Source of the DNA: Octopus sinensis
Taxonomy: Eukaryota
DNA length: 64,000 nt
Assembly (NCBI RefSeq): GCF_006345805.1
Contig: NC_043000.1
Span: 94,302,001-94,366,000, forward strand
Direction: 5' to 3'
The notes under the pieces were generated by a model, which saw nothing but the letters and a program-made list of their open reading frames with translations, made no database searches and had not been told where the DNA came from. Positions 26,263 through 38,819 of this stretch are shown one piece after another. Position numbers and translations under genes: made by a program. Within the stretch, counting starts at the first letter, position 1. Each line of letters begins with the position of its first letter.

Positions 26263-26748
26263 TGGTGTGTGTGTCCATGCGTGAATACAGGCCTAGTTCT
26301 TGATCCTTCTTATAATCAATGTTTTTCATCCGATTTCGTTCACACTGGGAACATACATCAGTTATGTTCCAGCGATAGTCATAGACATTTCACCATTCCA
26401 CATAATGAATAATACCGCCTCTAGGGAACGAAAACTCCTTCTCCTAGGTAAATAACAAATATGAACGGTCATTACTTCAAGGGAGATTAGCTTGATGGCG
26501 TAGCCATGCTACTTTCACTTCATCTTTTTCTACAGTTTTTACAATGCCCATTCATAGCAAACCGCCGATATTTGCACAGTAGCACTTCCTTGAAGTAGCT
26601 ATGCAATTTAAATCAACTTTTAATTATTATTTTAAATACGTTATCAACTTGAAACGACATCTAACTGCGGGCTAACCCAACTTCAACCGTCCAAATGCGT
26701 GCACCATTATAATAAATTACACCGTCCAAAGGCCGGGTGCGTTTCTAG
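26223..26748 (+). mobile_element. Probable non-autonomous Helitron, tandem to the previous one
   Basis: Repeats the (TG)n plus 105-bp block of 25411-25530 and ends ggccgggtgcgtttCTAG|t. Confidence 0.45.
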
Positions 26749-26768
26749 TATATATATGCTCAAACATA

Positions 26769-26816
<48 letters not shown>

Positions 26817-27673
26817 TATATATGAATGAATATACAACCGTGACAAAAAGTTTGAAACGCTTTCATACACGTGATGAACTAGCTTCTATTTATAAAACGT
26901 ACGCAATTTGGTCTGGAACTATATTGTTGATTTTTTTCCCATTCTTTGTTCTAGATATTGAACCGTTGGATCAGTTATTACGTAAGTATGTCTAAACATT
27001 ATATATATTTGAATCGAATTCTACTTGGTCATAACAATTCCAATTTTAAAATATGTTCCAAACTATATATATGTGTGTGTTTGTGTGTGTATGTATATGT
27101 ACGTATGCACATATATATGTATGTGTGTATATGTGTGTATGTATATGAGTACAGACATATGTGTGGGTGCCTCTGCGTGTGTCTATGTGTGCATGTGCCT
27201 ATATAATGTATACATATGAGTGTGTGTGTATGTGTGTGTATGTGTGTGTTTTACGTTTTATCCTTTGCTTTTTTCAGTCATTAGACTTCGGCCATGCTGG
27301 AACACCTTCTTTTAAAAATTCCACTCAAAATACTTGAGAAAAGTACTAGCATTTAATATACATTACGTATTTATATATGTATATGCTGGTGGACGAAAGT
27401 CTAAATACAAAGAGAAAAGAAAAGAATCGAAAAAAAAAACCAGGAAAGGCTCAAAACACAAACAAATGCAACGAGTTCTTAAAAGCTTCGTACACTTTCC
27501 TCCATCCACCGTAATAGGTTGTCGATTAGAAAAAGAGGAAAGATGAAATAAGCAAGTAAAACCAAATAGACAGAAAACTAAGTAAAGAACGCAGGAACAG
27601 CGAAAAGCCACTCGAGGTTTGTCTGTATGTTGGCACTTCATCTCAAAGGGGGATATGCAAATGTACGCACAAA

Positions 27674-27715
<42 letters not shown>

Positions 27716-27928
27716 AGATTATGTAGTGTCAATTATGTAACTAACTAGCTGTCAACTAATGGAATAAACGTGTATTCTCTCACTATATATATATATATAT
27801 ATCACATAGTCAGGGCAATAAGTGCGCATCTACTGGAGTTGCACTTCAAGACGTAAAATTGTTCGTCAATTGGAAGCAAGCCCCCAGTGGATGTTGTACT
27901 GTTGTTGCATAAATTATCTGCTCACCCC

Positions 27929-27990
<62 letters not shown>

Positions 27991-28231
27991 CTTTAATTGG
28001 CAAAACTACCCCTGAAACAGACACATGCGCATATATGTATGTATGTATACATATGTGTGTGTGTGTTGTGTGTGTGTGTATGTGTGTTTCTGTGCTTCTA
28101 TGTGGTGATAGATATACATGAATCTATATAGACAGGCATAAGAATATCTGCATCTAGCTATACTTATATACATATATACATATATACATATGTATATATA
28201 TATATATATACGACGGGCTTCTTTCAGTTTC

Positions 28232-28305
<74 letters not shown>

Positions 28306-28362
28306 TAGATAGATACACAAACAAACACACATATATATATATACATGATCTGAAACTAGGGA

Positions 28363-28405
<43 letters not shown>

Positions 28406-28802
28406 TGCGTATATTTTATTGTAATAGACATCGCAATTCTTGGGAAATACACCTACTCAGGTTTGCCTGATCGAAATTTTTATTAATTTTGCCACTTTTC
28501 AACATTTATTTCACAAAATTTGTGGTTTTTATTATATTTAGTCTTTTTGCTGATTGAATGCTATCCTGCTTGTAGAAGGCTGACCACACAATATATATAT
28601 ATTTGCGCGCGCGCGTAGGTGTGCATATGTATATACTTATACACACACAGGCACATATATATATGTATATATGCATATACATATGTATATGCATATATAT
28701 ATATATTTACATATATATAAACACACACACGCACATAAATTACATATATATTACATATATATATATACATATATATAATATATATATATATATATAATAT
28801 AT

Positions 28803-28845
<43 letters not shown>

Positions 28846-29303
28846 ATATAAATATATATATTTTATATATATATTATATATATATATTTTATATATATGT
28901 ATATATATATATATATATTTACATATATATATATAGATATATATGTATATATATAAGTTTATCTAAGTTATATATATATATATATATATATATGCATATT
29001 GTAGAATGAGGTGTATACCCTTGTGGGCAGGTACTGGATGCGCTTTCTCAACTATTTCCGTGACTGCTGTGTTCAATTTAAGTGGCGTGTTTGAATTTTG
29101 TCACGCATTTATAGAAACAAAATTTATGAAACGTAAAAACGCGCGCATTTATATTTCATCGTATATAACAATTCGAAATATAAAAATTACAATTCTACCA
29201 CTCTCACAAACACTTACATACATATACAAAGACACTAACAGACACCCATACAGAGAAAGAAACACGCGTGCGCACATACACACACACGGCAGCGCACACG
29301 TAC

Positions 29304-29334
<31 letters not shown>

Positions 29335-29458
29335 ATATATACCCGCTCGTATTTATTCACCCTCTCAAAGGTGCACAAGTCATATATCCACACGCTCGTA
29401 TACGAACGTACACACTCAGACACATACACATGCACTCACGCACACACACTCATGCGCG

Positions 29459-29496
<38 letters not shown>

Positions 29497-30906
29497 TGTA
29501 TCGACACACTTGGACATGCCCAGGCATGCGGAAACGCACGTATGCATTTACTTCGACACTCGTGCAATAATTTACTTTCACACTGCGCATGCGCACACAC
29601 GCACATATAAACACACGCATACACATACACAGTCCCGCACATACAAGCTCGTACGCAAGCACACACAGACACGCACACACACACACACACACACACATGC
29701 AGTTACGCCTGCATTCACGCACGCTCGCATACACACAGATATATTCTGGCACCTAAACACACACATACACAAACTAAAAAAAAAAAAGTAAATAAATATG
29801 GTGGAACCGTGTTGCTAATTAAATGAATTATGAACGATCTCGCATAGCTTTAATTAGCAGGATAATAACAGCCAGATTATAAAAATCAGTGTCTCGCAAC
29901 CATTGTTTTGGCAACAAACGGCAGCAACAATAACAACAACAACAACAACAACAACGGCGTCTACAACAACAACAACAACAACAACAACAACAGCAGCAAT
30001 AACTAATAGTACTACAAATAATAATAATTCAAAATATAGCAGCAATATCGATTTTGATTGACTAGACTGGAGGTCAAATTTTGGCAAGGGAAAAATCATA
30101 ATTGATCGAAATCGACAAAAGTTTAATGGGTTGTTTTTCTTTCCTTCTTTCCTTTCTCGCTTTCTTTTATTTATTTATTCGTTTATTTATTTAATTTTTT
30201 TTACATAGCACATTGAGGATTTGAACTCGGAACCGACGAAAGGGAATTGTTTATTAAAAAAAAGAAAAGCTCAAAATGTGGTTACTAAACAACACTAACA
30301 ATATGGCTGAATATGGATGAGGTACCTCCGGGGAACGTTCTGCATACTAAGTGCAAGCGTACACAGACAAGATCGTGTATATATGTAACATAATGAGTAA
30401 GCTGAAAAGATTTCGATGAACCATGCAATTAGTACACAACCACTCCCTCCAAAGGTGTTTAAGATTTATTGGTAAGCAAGCAAGGGAGTTAGATTTAAGA
30501 AAATTAGCTAACCGGAAGCATTGGGAGACCGCATTACAATGGATCTTGTGTTCAAAGATAACCGGTGAAAGCTAAAGATAGCTGGTGAAGGTTAAAGTAA
30601 TACATTATAATTCTAAGTAAGTTGGATATAAAAAGTAATATTGAAATTCAGTGTGATACATGAATTAGAATAATTAGCGTATTAAATATATATATATATA
30701 TATTGATGATACATAACATATTATATATATATATAAGGTGGTGCTATTAAGTTAGACATGGCCTGGGCCAAAAATGGCCGAAACCTATCAAAGTATATTG
30801 TTTGAAAAGTTTAAACGAAAACGCCCACACACTAGAAAAACACTTCTTCCCAAAAGATTTCATGTTTTTTAAAAAACTCATAGTCTTTCAAATATATATA
30901 TATATA

Positions 30907-31080
30907 TCACACGTGATCACGTGACCGACCAGTCCAACAGATGTGGTTACACATCGCTGGTCACAATGCGTTCGCATTGTTTTAGCCTTCGAATGACGCC
31001 ACCCCACCCGGTCTGGGAATCGAAACCGCGATCCTACGACTACGGGTCCGCTGCCCTAACCACTGGGCCATTGCACCTCC

Positions 31081-31082
<2 letters not shown>
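30907..31082 (-). mobile_element. tRNA-derived SINE, family D head with a short tail
   Basis: ggaggtgcaatggcccagtggttagggcagcggac..ggtttcgattccc (A and B boxes). Confidence 0.8.
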
Positions 31083-31124
<42 letters not shown>

Positions 31125-31243
31125 ACAATCAAGGAACGGCCATAATAGGCCATTCACCCACTAGAAATAACAGCCAAAGCTTCAACCGCAAATAAAAATC
31201 AATTCCGTAAACAGGAAAAAATTAAAAAAACATTTACCCTGTA

Positions 31244-31350
31244 ATTTCTTATACGATGCACCGTTTCATCTGCTGTTTAATGGTAAACTAACCTGATTAA
31301 ATTAAATCAAGCCAATCTTCCATAGGCCCTCAGATTCTTCAGTAAGAAAT
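31244..31350 (-). ncRNA. Type I hammerhead ribozyme with a 58-nt helix II insertion
   Basis: ATTTCTTA-CTGAAGA-ATCTG-[58 nt]-CAGAT-GAAA-CGGTGCATCG-TA-TAAGAAAT. Confidence 0.85.
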
Positions 31351-31910
31351 AGCCCAAGTCGAAACAGATATTTTCACGAGGCATTTCCGACCCTGCCAAG
31401 GTAATATCTGACCTAAAATTTTCAAATCATCGCACTCGCGCCAAATTTATCGGCAGCAAATAAATATAAGCCGTCGATTCCATTACGGAATTAACCAGAA
31501 AATTCATAATTAATCAATATAGGGTGGCAAAAAAAAATTTTGTAGAATTTTTTTGCCACCAGCGGCCTAGTGGGAAAAAATTAAATAGTCATAGACCATT
31601 TTTAAGTTCAACATCAACAATCAAGGAACGGCCATAATAGGCCATTCACCCACTAGAAATAACAGCCAAAGCTTCAACCGCAAATAAAAATCAATTCCGT
31701 AAACAGGAGAAAATTTAAAAAACATTTACCCTGTAATTTCTTATACGGTGCACCGTTTCATCTGCTGTTTAATGGTAAACTAACCTGATTAAATTAAATC
31801 AAGCCAATCTTCCATAGGCCCTCGAGTGCGATGATTTGAAAATTTTAGGTCAGATATTACCTTGGCAGGGTCGGAAATGCCTCGTGAAAATATCTGTTCC
31901 GACTTGGGCT

Positions 31911-32017
31911 ATTTCTTACTGAAGAATCTGGGGGCCTATGGAAGATTGGCTTGATTTAATTTAATCAGGTTAGTTTACCATTAAACAGCAGATGAAACGG
32001 TGCATCGTATAAGAAAT
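31911..32017 (+). ncRNA. Type I hammerhead ribozyme (inverted copy)
   Basis: Same architecture: core 31919-31925, GAAA 31994-31997, GUA site at 32007-32009. Confidence 0.85.
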
Positions 32018-32239
32018 TACAGGGTAAATGTTTTTTAAATTTTCTCCTGTTTACGGAATTGATTTTATTTGCGGTTGAAGCTTTGGCTGTTATTCTAGTG
32101 GGTGAATGGCCTATTATGGCCGTTCCTTGATTGTTGATGTTGAACTTAAAAATGGTCTATGACTATTTAATTTTTTCCCACTAGGCCGCTGGTGGCAAAA
32201 AAATTCTACAAAATTTTTTTTTTGCCACCCTATATTGAT

Positions 32240-32280
<41 letters not shown>

Positions 32281-32925
32281 CATACATACATACATACATG
32301 TGTGTGTGTGTTTGTGTGTGTGTTTGTGTGTGTCTCTGTGTGTGTGTTTGTGTGTGTCTCTGTGTGTGTGTATTAACTAAACTTACTAATGAGAAAAAAG
32401 GAGAAAATTAATTTCACTATCAGAATTTATGAGTGTAAAAGCATTAGTTGAACATTATGAGACGAAGAAGATAACAGAATAAACTTTTTAGTATCAGAAA
32501 TAAGCTGAACCGTTGCATCTTGGAAAATCTTATGAGTACACGCTTCTTTCTAAGTGCGCTAGTTACAAAATGAGTGAGCGCGCTTAAGCGCCGAGCTTAG
32601 TGAGAACACTGTAGTGGAAATGATTTCGTCAACCACCATAAAAATGAAGCAACTGTGACATGAGAAATAACAACGGTCTTGACAAACCAAACATGTAGGC
32701 TCTACCTGGCAGCAACTGCTGCTAGAATAAGTACTTGAGTCTCCCTGAAATCACCATTTACTCATCAACAAATAAAAGAATAAGGATATCTTAGGCCAGT
32801 CTAGGTCAAGCTGCCGCCTGCGGGATTTTCTGAATCGTACGTCTAATTTCCCGAGGGAAACAGCGTTTATTAGAATTACGTCGAATACTTCGTGCTGTGC
32901 GGCCTGCAATGCCTAAGATCTTGAC

Positions 32926-33592
32926 TAGTGTTTCTCAACGAATTTACTTTTTTATCTCTGGACTCATTTGATTCCTATTTTATTCGGATAGACCTCCATA
33001 GCCATTCAATGTTTTTTTAAAAAACATCCTATCACATTTTTATAATGCGTGGCACCTTGCGCAAGTGTCTTCTACTATAGCCTCGGGCCGACCAAAGCCT
33101 TGTGGGTGAATTTGGTAGGTGGAAACTGAAAGACACCCATCGCATATATATGTGTGTGTATTTGTGTGTGTGCATGTGTGTGTATTTGTGTGTGTGCATG
33201 TGTGTGTGTGGGAGGGGATTTCTTTGTGTCTGTGTTTGTCCCACCATCATCGCTTGACAAACGATGCTGATGTGTTTGTTTCACTGTACATTAGCTGTTC
33301 GGCCTAAGGGGTCGATAGAATAAGTCTTACAAAGAATACGTCTTGGGGTCGATTTCTTCGACTGAAACCCTTTAAGACGGTACTCCAGTATGGCCGCAGT
33401 CAAATGCTTGAAACAGATAAAAGAATAAAAAGTATAAAAGAATAAATATTATTATGAATTGTATAAAAAATATTTTCGAAATATTTTGTTTTGCAGAAGT
33501 ATAACCAGGTTATTGCACCTAAAATTTAACAACAAAATCTTACATGGACCTCGCCAAAGGTTATATGGACCCCAGTTGAGAACCGCCGATTT
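32926..33592. mobile_element. Decayed hAT-like MITE interrupted by a family B SINE (33045-33445)
   Basis: Ends tagtgtttctcaac and gttgagaaccgc with tggacccc subterminal motifs. No TSD confirmed. Confidence 0.45.
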
Positions 33593-33969
33593 AAACAATG
33601 TAGTGACACAAAATACACGCGTTGGTCATGACAGGAACGTCCTTCATTGTAGAACTGTTTCTTCAAGCTTGTTCTGGAATTCAACAACAGCAACGAGTCT
33701 AGGACATTTACACTACCAAGGACAATTACCCGTGAGGTCAACAGATGATGATTTAAAACTTCTTAAAATATTGAAGAGGAGGTAATTAACTAAGGGGGGT
33801 AATTGTCCAAGTGGGTAGATGTCGTTGGCACGACTTTTCCTATTGGTGGTAATTGTCCTGATATGACAGCAACAACAACGACAATAACAATGTAAGTATC
33901 ACAAGAACAATCTCCACACTCATGTGTATTAATAACACCAACGAATATACGAGACCTCTGGTATGAGAC

Positions 33970-35249
33970 ATCTTGTATCAGAAGTATTACCATTACCACT
34001 ACCACAACACCATCATCATCGTTGTAGTCGTCGTCGTCGTAGTTGTTACCATCACCATCATCCTCACTGTCGTTTTCCCGTTTACCACCACCGCCATAAC
34101 CACCACCTGCATCACCACTACTCTCACCTCGACCACCACGATCACCATCATCACCGCTGCTAACATATTCACCACCACTATCATTATCGTAACCGCCATC
34201 ACCATCACCACCATCACCACCATCACAACCGCCACCACCATCACCACCATCATATTCTTCACCATCACTGCCACCATCACCATTTTCATAACTGTCTCTA
34301 CTACCTTCACCAGCACTACCATTACAGTCGCCATCACTACCACAATCGCCACTACCAACATCACTACCACCTCCACCACCACCACCATCATCACCACCAC
34401 ATCAGCACCACCATCAACGCCTCCACCACCATCACTGTTACCACCACTATCACTACCCCCACCACCATTACTAATACTACTACCACTACCATCACTACAA
34501 CCATTACCATCACCACTACCATCACCACCACCACCGCCACCGCCACCGCCACCACCATCACACTCACCACCACTACCATCACCAATCACCACCACCACGA
34601 CCTTCATTACTGCCACTACCATCACCACCATCACCACCACCACACCATCACCACCACCACACCATCACTACCACCACACCATCACTACAACCATCACCAC
34701 CACCATCACCACCACCACCATCACTACCACCACTACCATCAACAACACCACCACCATGACCACCACTCACCAACACTTTAGCCATCACCGTCATCATAAT
34801 CATCACCACCACCTTAACTATCGCCACCATCTTAGCCATGAGCACCACATTAGCCATCACCACCGTCTTAGCCATCACCACCGTCTTAGCCATCAACAGC
34901 ACCATCTGATTTTTGTAGTAATAGCAGTAGCGGTAGTAGTGAACGGCAAATGGAGATAAGAGATTAATAACAGCAACGTGGTTCTGCTACAGCAACAATT
35001 ACAGTCATAATGATAACATTATCAGCACTTAAACTCAGAGTTGCCCTCAATACATCTCTGATTCCGTAGAGAAATGAGTGCTTTATACAGGAAAGATGAC
35101 AACAACAATTACAACAACAACAGCAGCAGCAACAACATTAAAACGACGAGAACAGCACTATCGACAACAGCAACTTAAATAACGACCATGGTGGTGATGA
35201 TGATGATGATGTGATGATGATGATGATGATGATGATGGTGGTGGTGATG

Positions 35250-35300
<51 letters not shown>

Positions 35301-35334
35301 ATGATGGTGGTGGTGGTGGTGGTGGTGATGATGA

Positions 35335-35368
<34 letters not shown>

Positions 35369-35373
35369 GGTGG

Positions 35374-35432
<59 letters not shown>

Positions 35433-36010
35433 ATGATGGTGATGATGATGACGACGATGATGATGATGATGATGACGGGCGACAACAACTTCAAAGACGA
35501 CGACGACAGCAACAACAATAACAACAACAACAATGCTGACAATAACTACGACGACGATTATAAAGCTAAAATGGCGATGACAACAATGTATAAAGCAACA
35601 ACAACAACAACAACGGTATCAACAAGAACGATAATGATGCTAGGATGTGGATGATGATGATAATGACGATGATGATAATGATGATGACGACGACGACGAC
35701 GATGATGATGATGACGATGATTTTGATAATGACGATGTTGATGATGATGATGATGATGACGACGATGACGACGATGATGATGATGATGATGATGATGATG
35801 ACGACGACGACCATGATAATGATGATGATTTTGATAATGATGATGATGATGATGATGATGATGACGACCACGACCACGACGATGATGATGATGAATTTGA
35901 TAATGACGAAGATGATGATGATGATGTTGATGATGATCATGATGATGATGACAACAGCGATAATAACAAGAACGAAGACAACGACAACAACAATGAAATA
36001 TCGACGAGTA
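33970..36010. repeat. Trinucleotide low-complexity tracts (CAC/CAT, then GAT/GGT/GAC)
   Basis: Direct inspection. Confidence 0.95.
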
Positions 36011-36560
36011 TGAGGTCAGCAGTAGCAACATCAATAATAACGATAGCAACAATAACTACAATAATAACCTCTCTGCTATTGGGACAATGCCTGAATTTTG
36101 GTTGGGGGAATTTAGGGAAGAGAAGGGTGCTAGTTAATTACATGGACCCCAGTGGTCAACTGGTACTTATTTCATCGAATCCGTAAGGGTGAAAAGCAAA
36201 GTCGACTTCGGCAAGATTTGAACCGAGAACGTGAAGACGAGTGAAATTGATGCTGAGCACTTTTGTCCGGCGTGCTAACGATTCTGCTACCTCGAACAAG
36301 GACAACAGCATCGACGACGGAGACGGCGCCAAGAAAAGAACAACAACAACAGCATCAAGAACATTATATACATTATTTACATTTGATGGATATTTGTCCT
36401 CATCGTGTTTGTTGTTAATACATCGTTTCGGCTGATATCTTCATCTGGTGTCTTAGGGAAATTTCGAACCTGGGTTCTCATTCCTGAGGTATTTTTCGAT
36501 GTTGTTGTTGTTGTTGTGTTGTTGTTGTTGTTGTTGTTGTTATTATTATTATTATTATTA

Positions 36561-36616
<56 letters not shown>

Positions 36617-36648
36617 TCACTGCCTGGGATTGAACTCGGAATCTTGGG

Positions 36649-36900
36649 ATGAAAGGCAAAGTCGACCTCGATGGAATTTGAACTCAGAACTTAACGGCAG
36701 ACGAAATACCTATTTCTTTACTACCCACACAGAGAGGACAAACAAGGACAGACAAACGGATTAAGTCGATTATATCGACCCCAGTGCGTAACTGGTTCTT
36801 ATTTAATCGACCCCGAAAGGATGACAGGCAAAGTCGACCTCGGCGGAATTTGAACTCAGAACGTAGTGGCAGACGAAATACCGCTAAGCATTTCACTCGC
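36649..36900 (-). mobile_element. SINE family A, two overlapping or tandem copies
   Basis: The block aaggcaaagtcgacctc..aatttgaactcagaac is repeated. Confidence 0.85.
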
Positions 36901-37071
36901 CCACAAACAGCACTAATAACAACAAGAGGAATGACAGTACCAATAGTATTAACTATATCAACATTGATGTCAAACTGATGCCCTAGTCATAGCCCAACAA
37001 TAATGCCCAAATGGCCCTCATGTTGTCCAACAAATAATTCTTTAATGATACTAATATACCTAAGTACTAAA

Positions 37072-37558
37072 TATAACCAAAAAATAAACAACAAGAATGT
37101 ATCCGGTAATTTAGTACAATTGTTTCATACTATAACAATTTATTAAAGCTGCAGTTAGATGCGAACTTAATCTTGGTTTGACTGACATCTTTCTTCATGT
37201 TTCCTGAAATTCATATCCACAATTTATCGGTATATTTACCTTCTCTGGGATGTCACTAATTAATGTGAGAACTTTACAATGCTGGAAAGCATATATGAAC
37301 TCAATCTTGGTTTGCTTGGCATCTTGCTTCAAGTTCCTGAAACTCACATCTACAACTTTATCGGTATATTTACACTCTCTAAGATGTTACTAATTGATTT
37401 GAGAACTTTAGATTATCGGAAAACCTATATGAAATTAGCTGAAGATTACTTGACATATTATATTTGCTGTAATATTTGCAGCTTTAATAAATTGTTATAG
37501 TATGAAACAATTGTACTAAATTACCGGATCCATTCCTGTTGCTTATTTTTTGGTTATA
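37072..37558. mobile_element. Foldback element: 82-bp inverted arms, internal 134-bp-period duplication and an HHR
   Basis: 37072-37152 pairs with 37477-37558. Direct repeats at 37163-37276 and 37297-37410. Confidence 0.8.
37435..37519 (+). ncRNA. Type I hammerhead ribozyme with long rod-like helix II
   Basis: TTAG-CTGAAGA-T-TACT-TGACA..TGTTA-T-AGTA-T-GAAA-CAATTG-TA-CTAA. U.U at 10.1/11.1. Confidence 0.8.
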
Positions 37559-37870
37559 ATCACCCCACATAATTTTATGGGTAATACCATAAAAAATTCT
37601 GGTGCATCTAAATTAAGTATCATATTCATTTGAATCTAAATTGTTTTGCTGAACTTAAGTACTAAATATGATATAACTGATGGACATTTTGCCGTCGAGG
37701 ATTATGACGGCGACGGCGGCAGCGACGAGGCGGCAGGGATGGTAATTGCGATGCCGGCAGTGATGGCGGCAGGGACTATGACGATGATATCAAGAATAAC
37801 ATAAACAGCAAGAACATTTAACATAGGAGCATCAAAGTCGTCCGGTACTGCACCCCGAAATGAAAACATT

Positions 37871-37970
37871 AACTAGATTTTCTCGGACCAGATTTAATCA
37901 TAAACTAGATTTTCGCAGACTAGATTTAAGTATCAACTAGATTTCCAGAGCCGGATTTAAGCATCAACAA
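37871..37970. repeat. Minisatellite, about 31-32 bp x3
   Basis: aactagattttc..gatttaa units. Confidence 0.7.
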
Positions 37971-38155
37971 GGTAATGCAGGCTAGATGTGGTCAATGATT
38001 CCTAAAACACCCATTCACGATGTAGGAGAAAGTAAATGGATAAAGGGTTCAATATACTTAATAAATTCAATACTTTAAAGAAACAAATATGGGAAGTTAG
38101 CGAAGTTTTAGTGTAAAATTATATGGAGGAAAATCACCAGCACATTATATACACC

Positions 38156-38230
<75 letters not shown>

Positions 38231-38819
38231 CACACATACATACATACAGAGTCTTTAGAGCATGGCCGCAGTCAAATGACTGAAACAAGTAAAAGAGTCC
38301 GAGAACCTTTTGATACCGCTTCGTATTTTATTGACCCGAAAAGGATGAAAATCAAAGTCGACCCCGGCAGAATTTGAATTCAGGACGTAATGACAGACGA
38401 AATGCCACTAAGCATTTTACTCGGCGTGTTAACAATTCTGCCAGCTCAGCACTTTTGTCCGGTAGAAACATTAGCCTAATATCCCTCACAATCACACGCT
38501 ATGACTTATAGAGAAAAACAAAACAGCACACAGAACGCATTAGATAATGCGGTCTTAATTACTACACTAATTACACTGTACTTGAGGGACTGTCATGGCC
38601 GGAATACCTTTGATCATAGATCTCTTCAATCAAGAGTGACCTGTCAAGTCAATAACAACAACAACGATGACGACAACAGGACGAGAGATCAAATGGTGAT
38701 CATTATCGATCTTGTTTTTTTCTTTTTCGTTTTTATAAATCAAACACTAAACATAGACAATCAAGAAAATGAATTTTGTGGGTGTTGGATAAATAAAGAG
38801 GCGCAAAGGATTGTGGGTA

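Larger units (their letters stand above)
31121..32242. repeat. 492-bp HHR-containing unit: one full copy, a partial tandem copy and an inverted copy
   Basis: Unit starts at 31121 and 31613. Segment 31823-32242 is the reverse complement of 31510-31612 plus 31121-31438. Confidence 0.95.

Noticed and set aside
27610-27645. GAGATGA..AAAC-CTCGAG-TG HHR-like trace on minus
   Set aside because: Too many core substitutions to distinguish from chance.
29010-29075. Possible 48-bp minus-strand exon (VTEIVEKAHPVPAHK)
   Set aside because: AG and GT boundaries exist, but the evidence is at chance level without transcript data.
30907-30924. Double E-box CACGTGATCACGTG
   Set aside because: It is part of a SINE tail, with no promoter context.
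31121-31822. Direct repeats as a CRISPR-like array
   Set aside because: Eukaryotic context, 492-bp unit and no repeat-spacer periodicity.
33973-34959. 328-aa Thr/Pro/His-rich ORF
   Set aside because: It lies entirely within a CAC/CAT repeat, and the opposite strand is similarly open.
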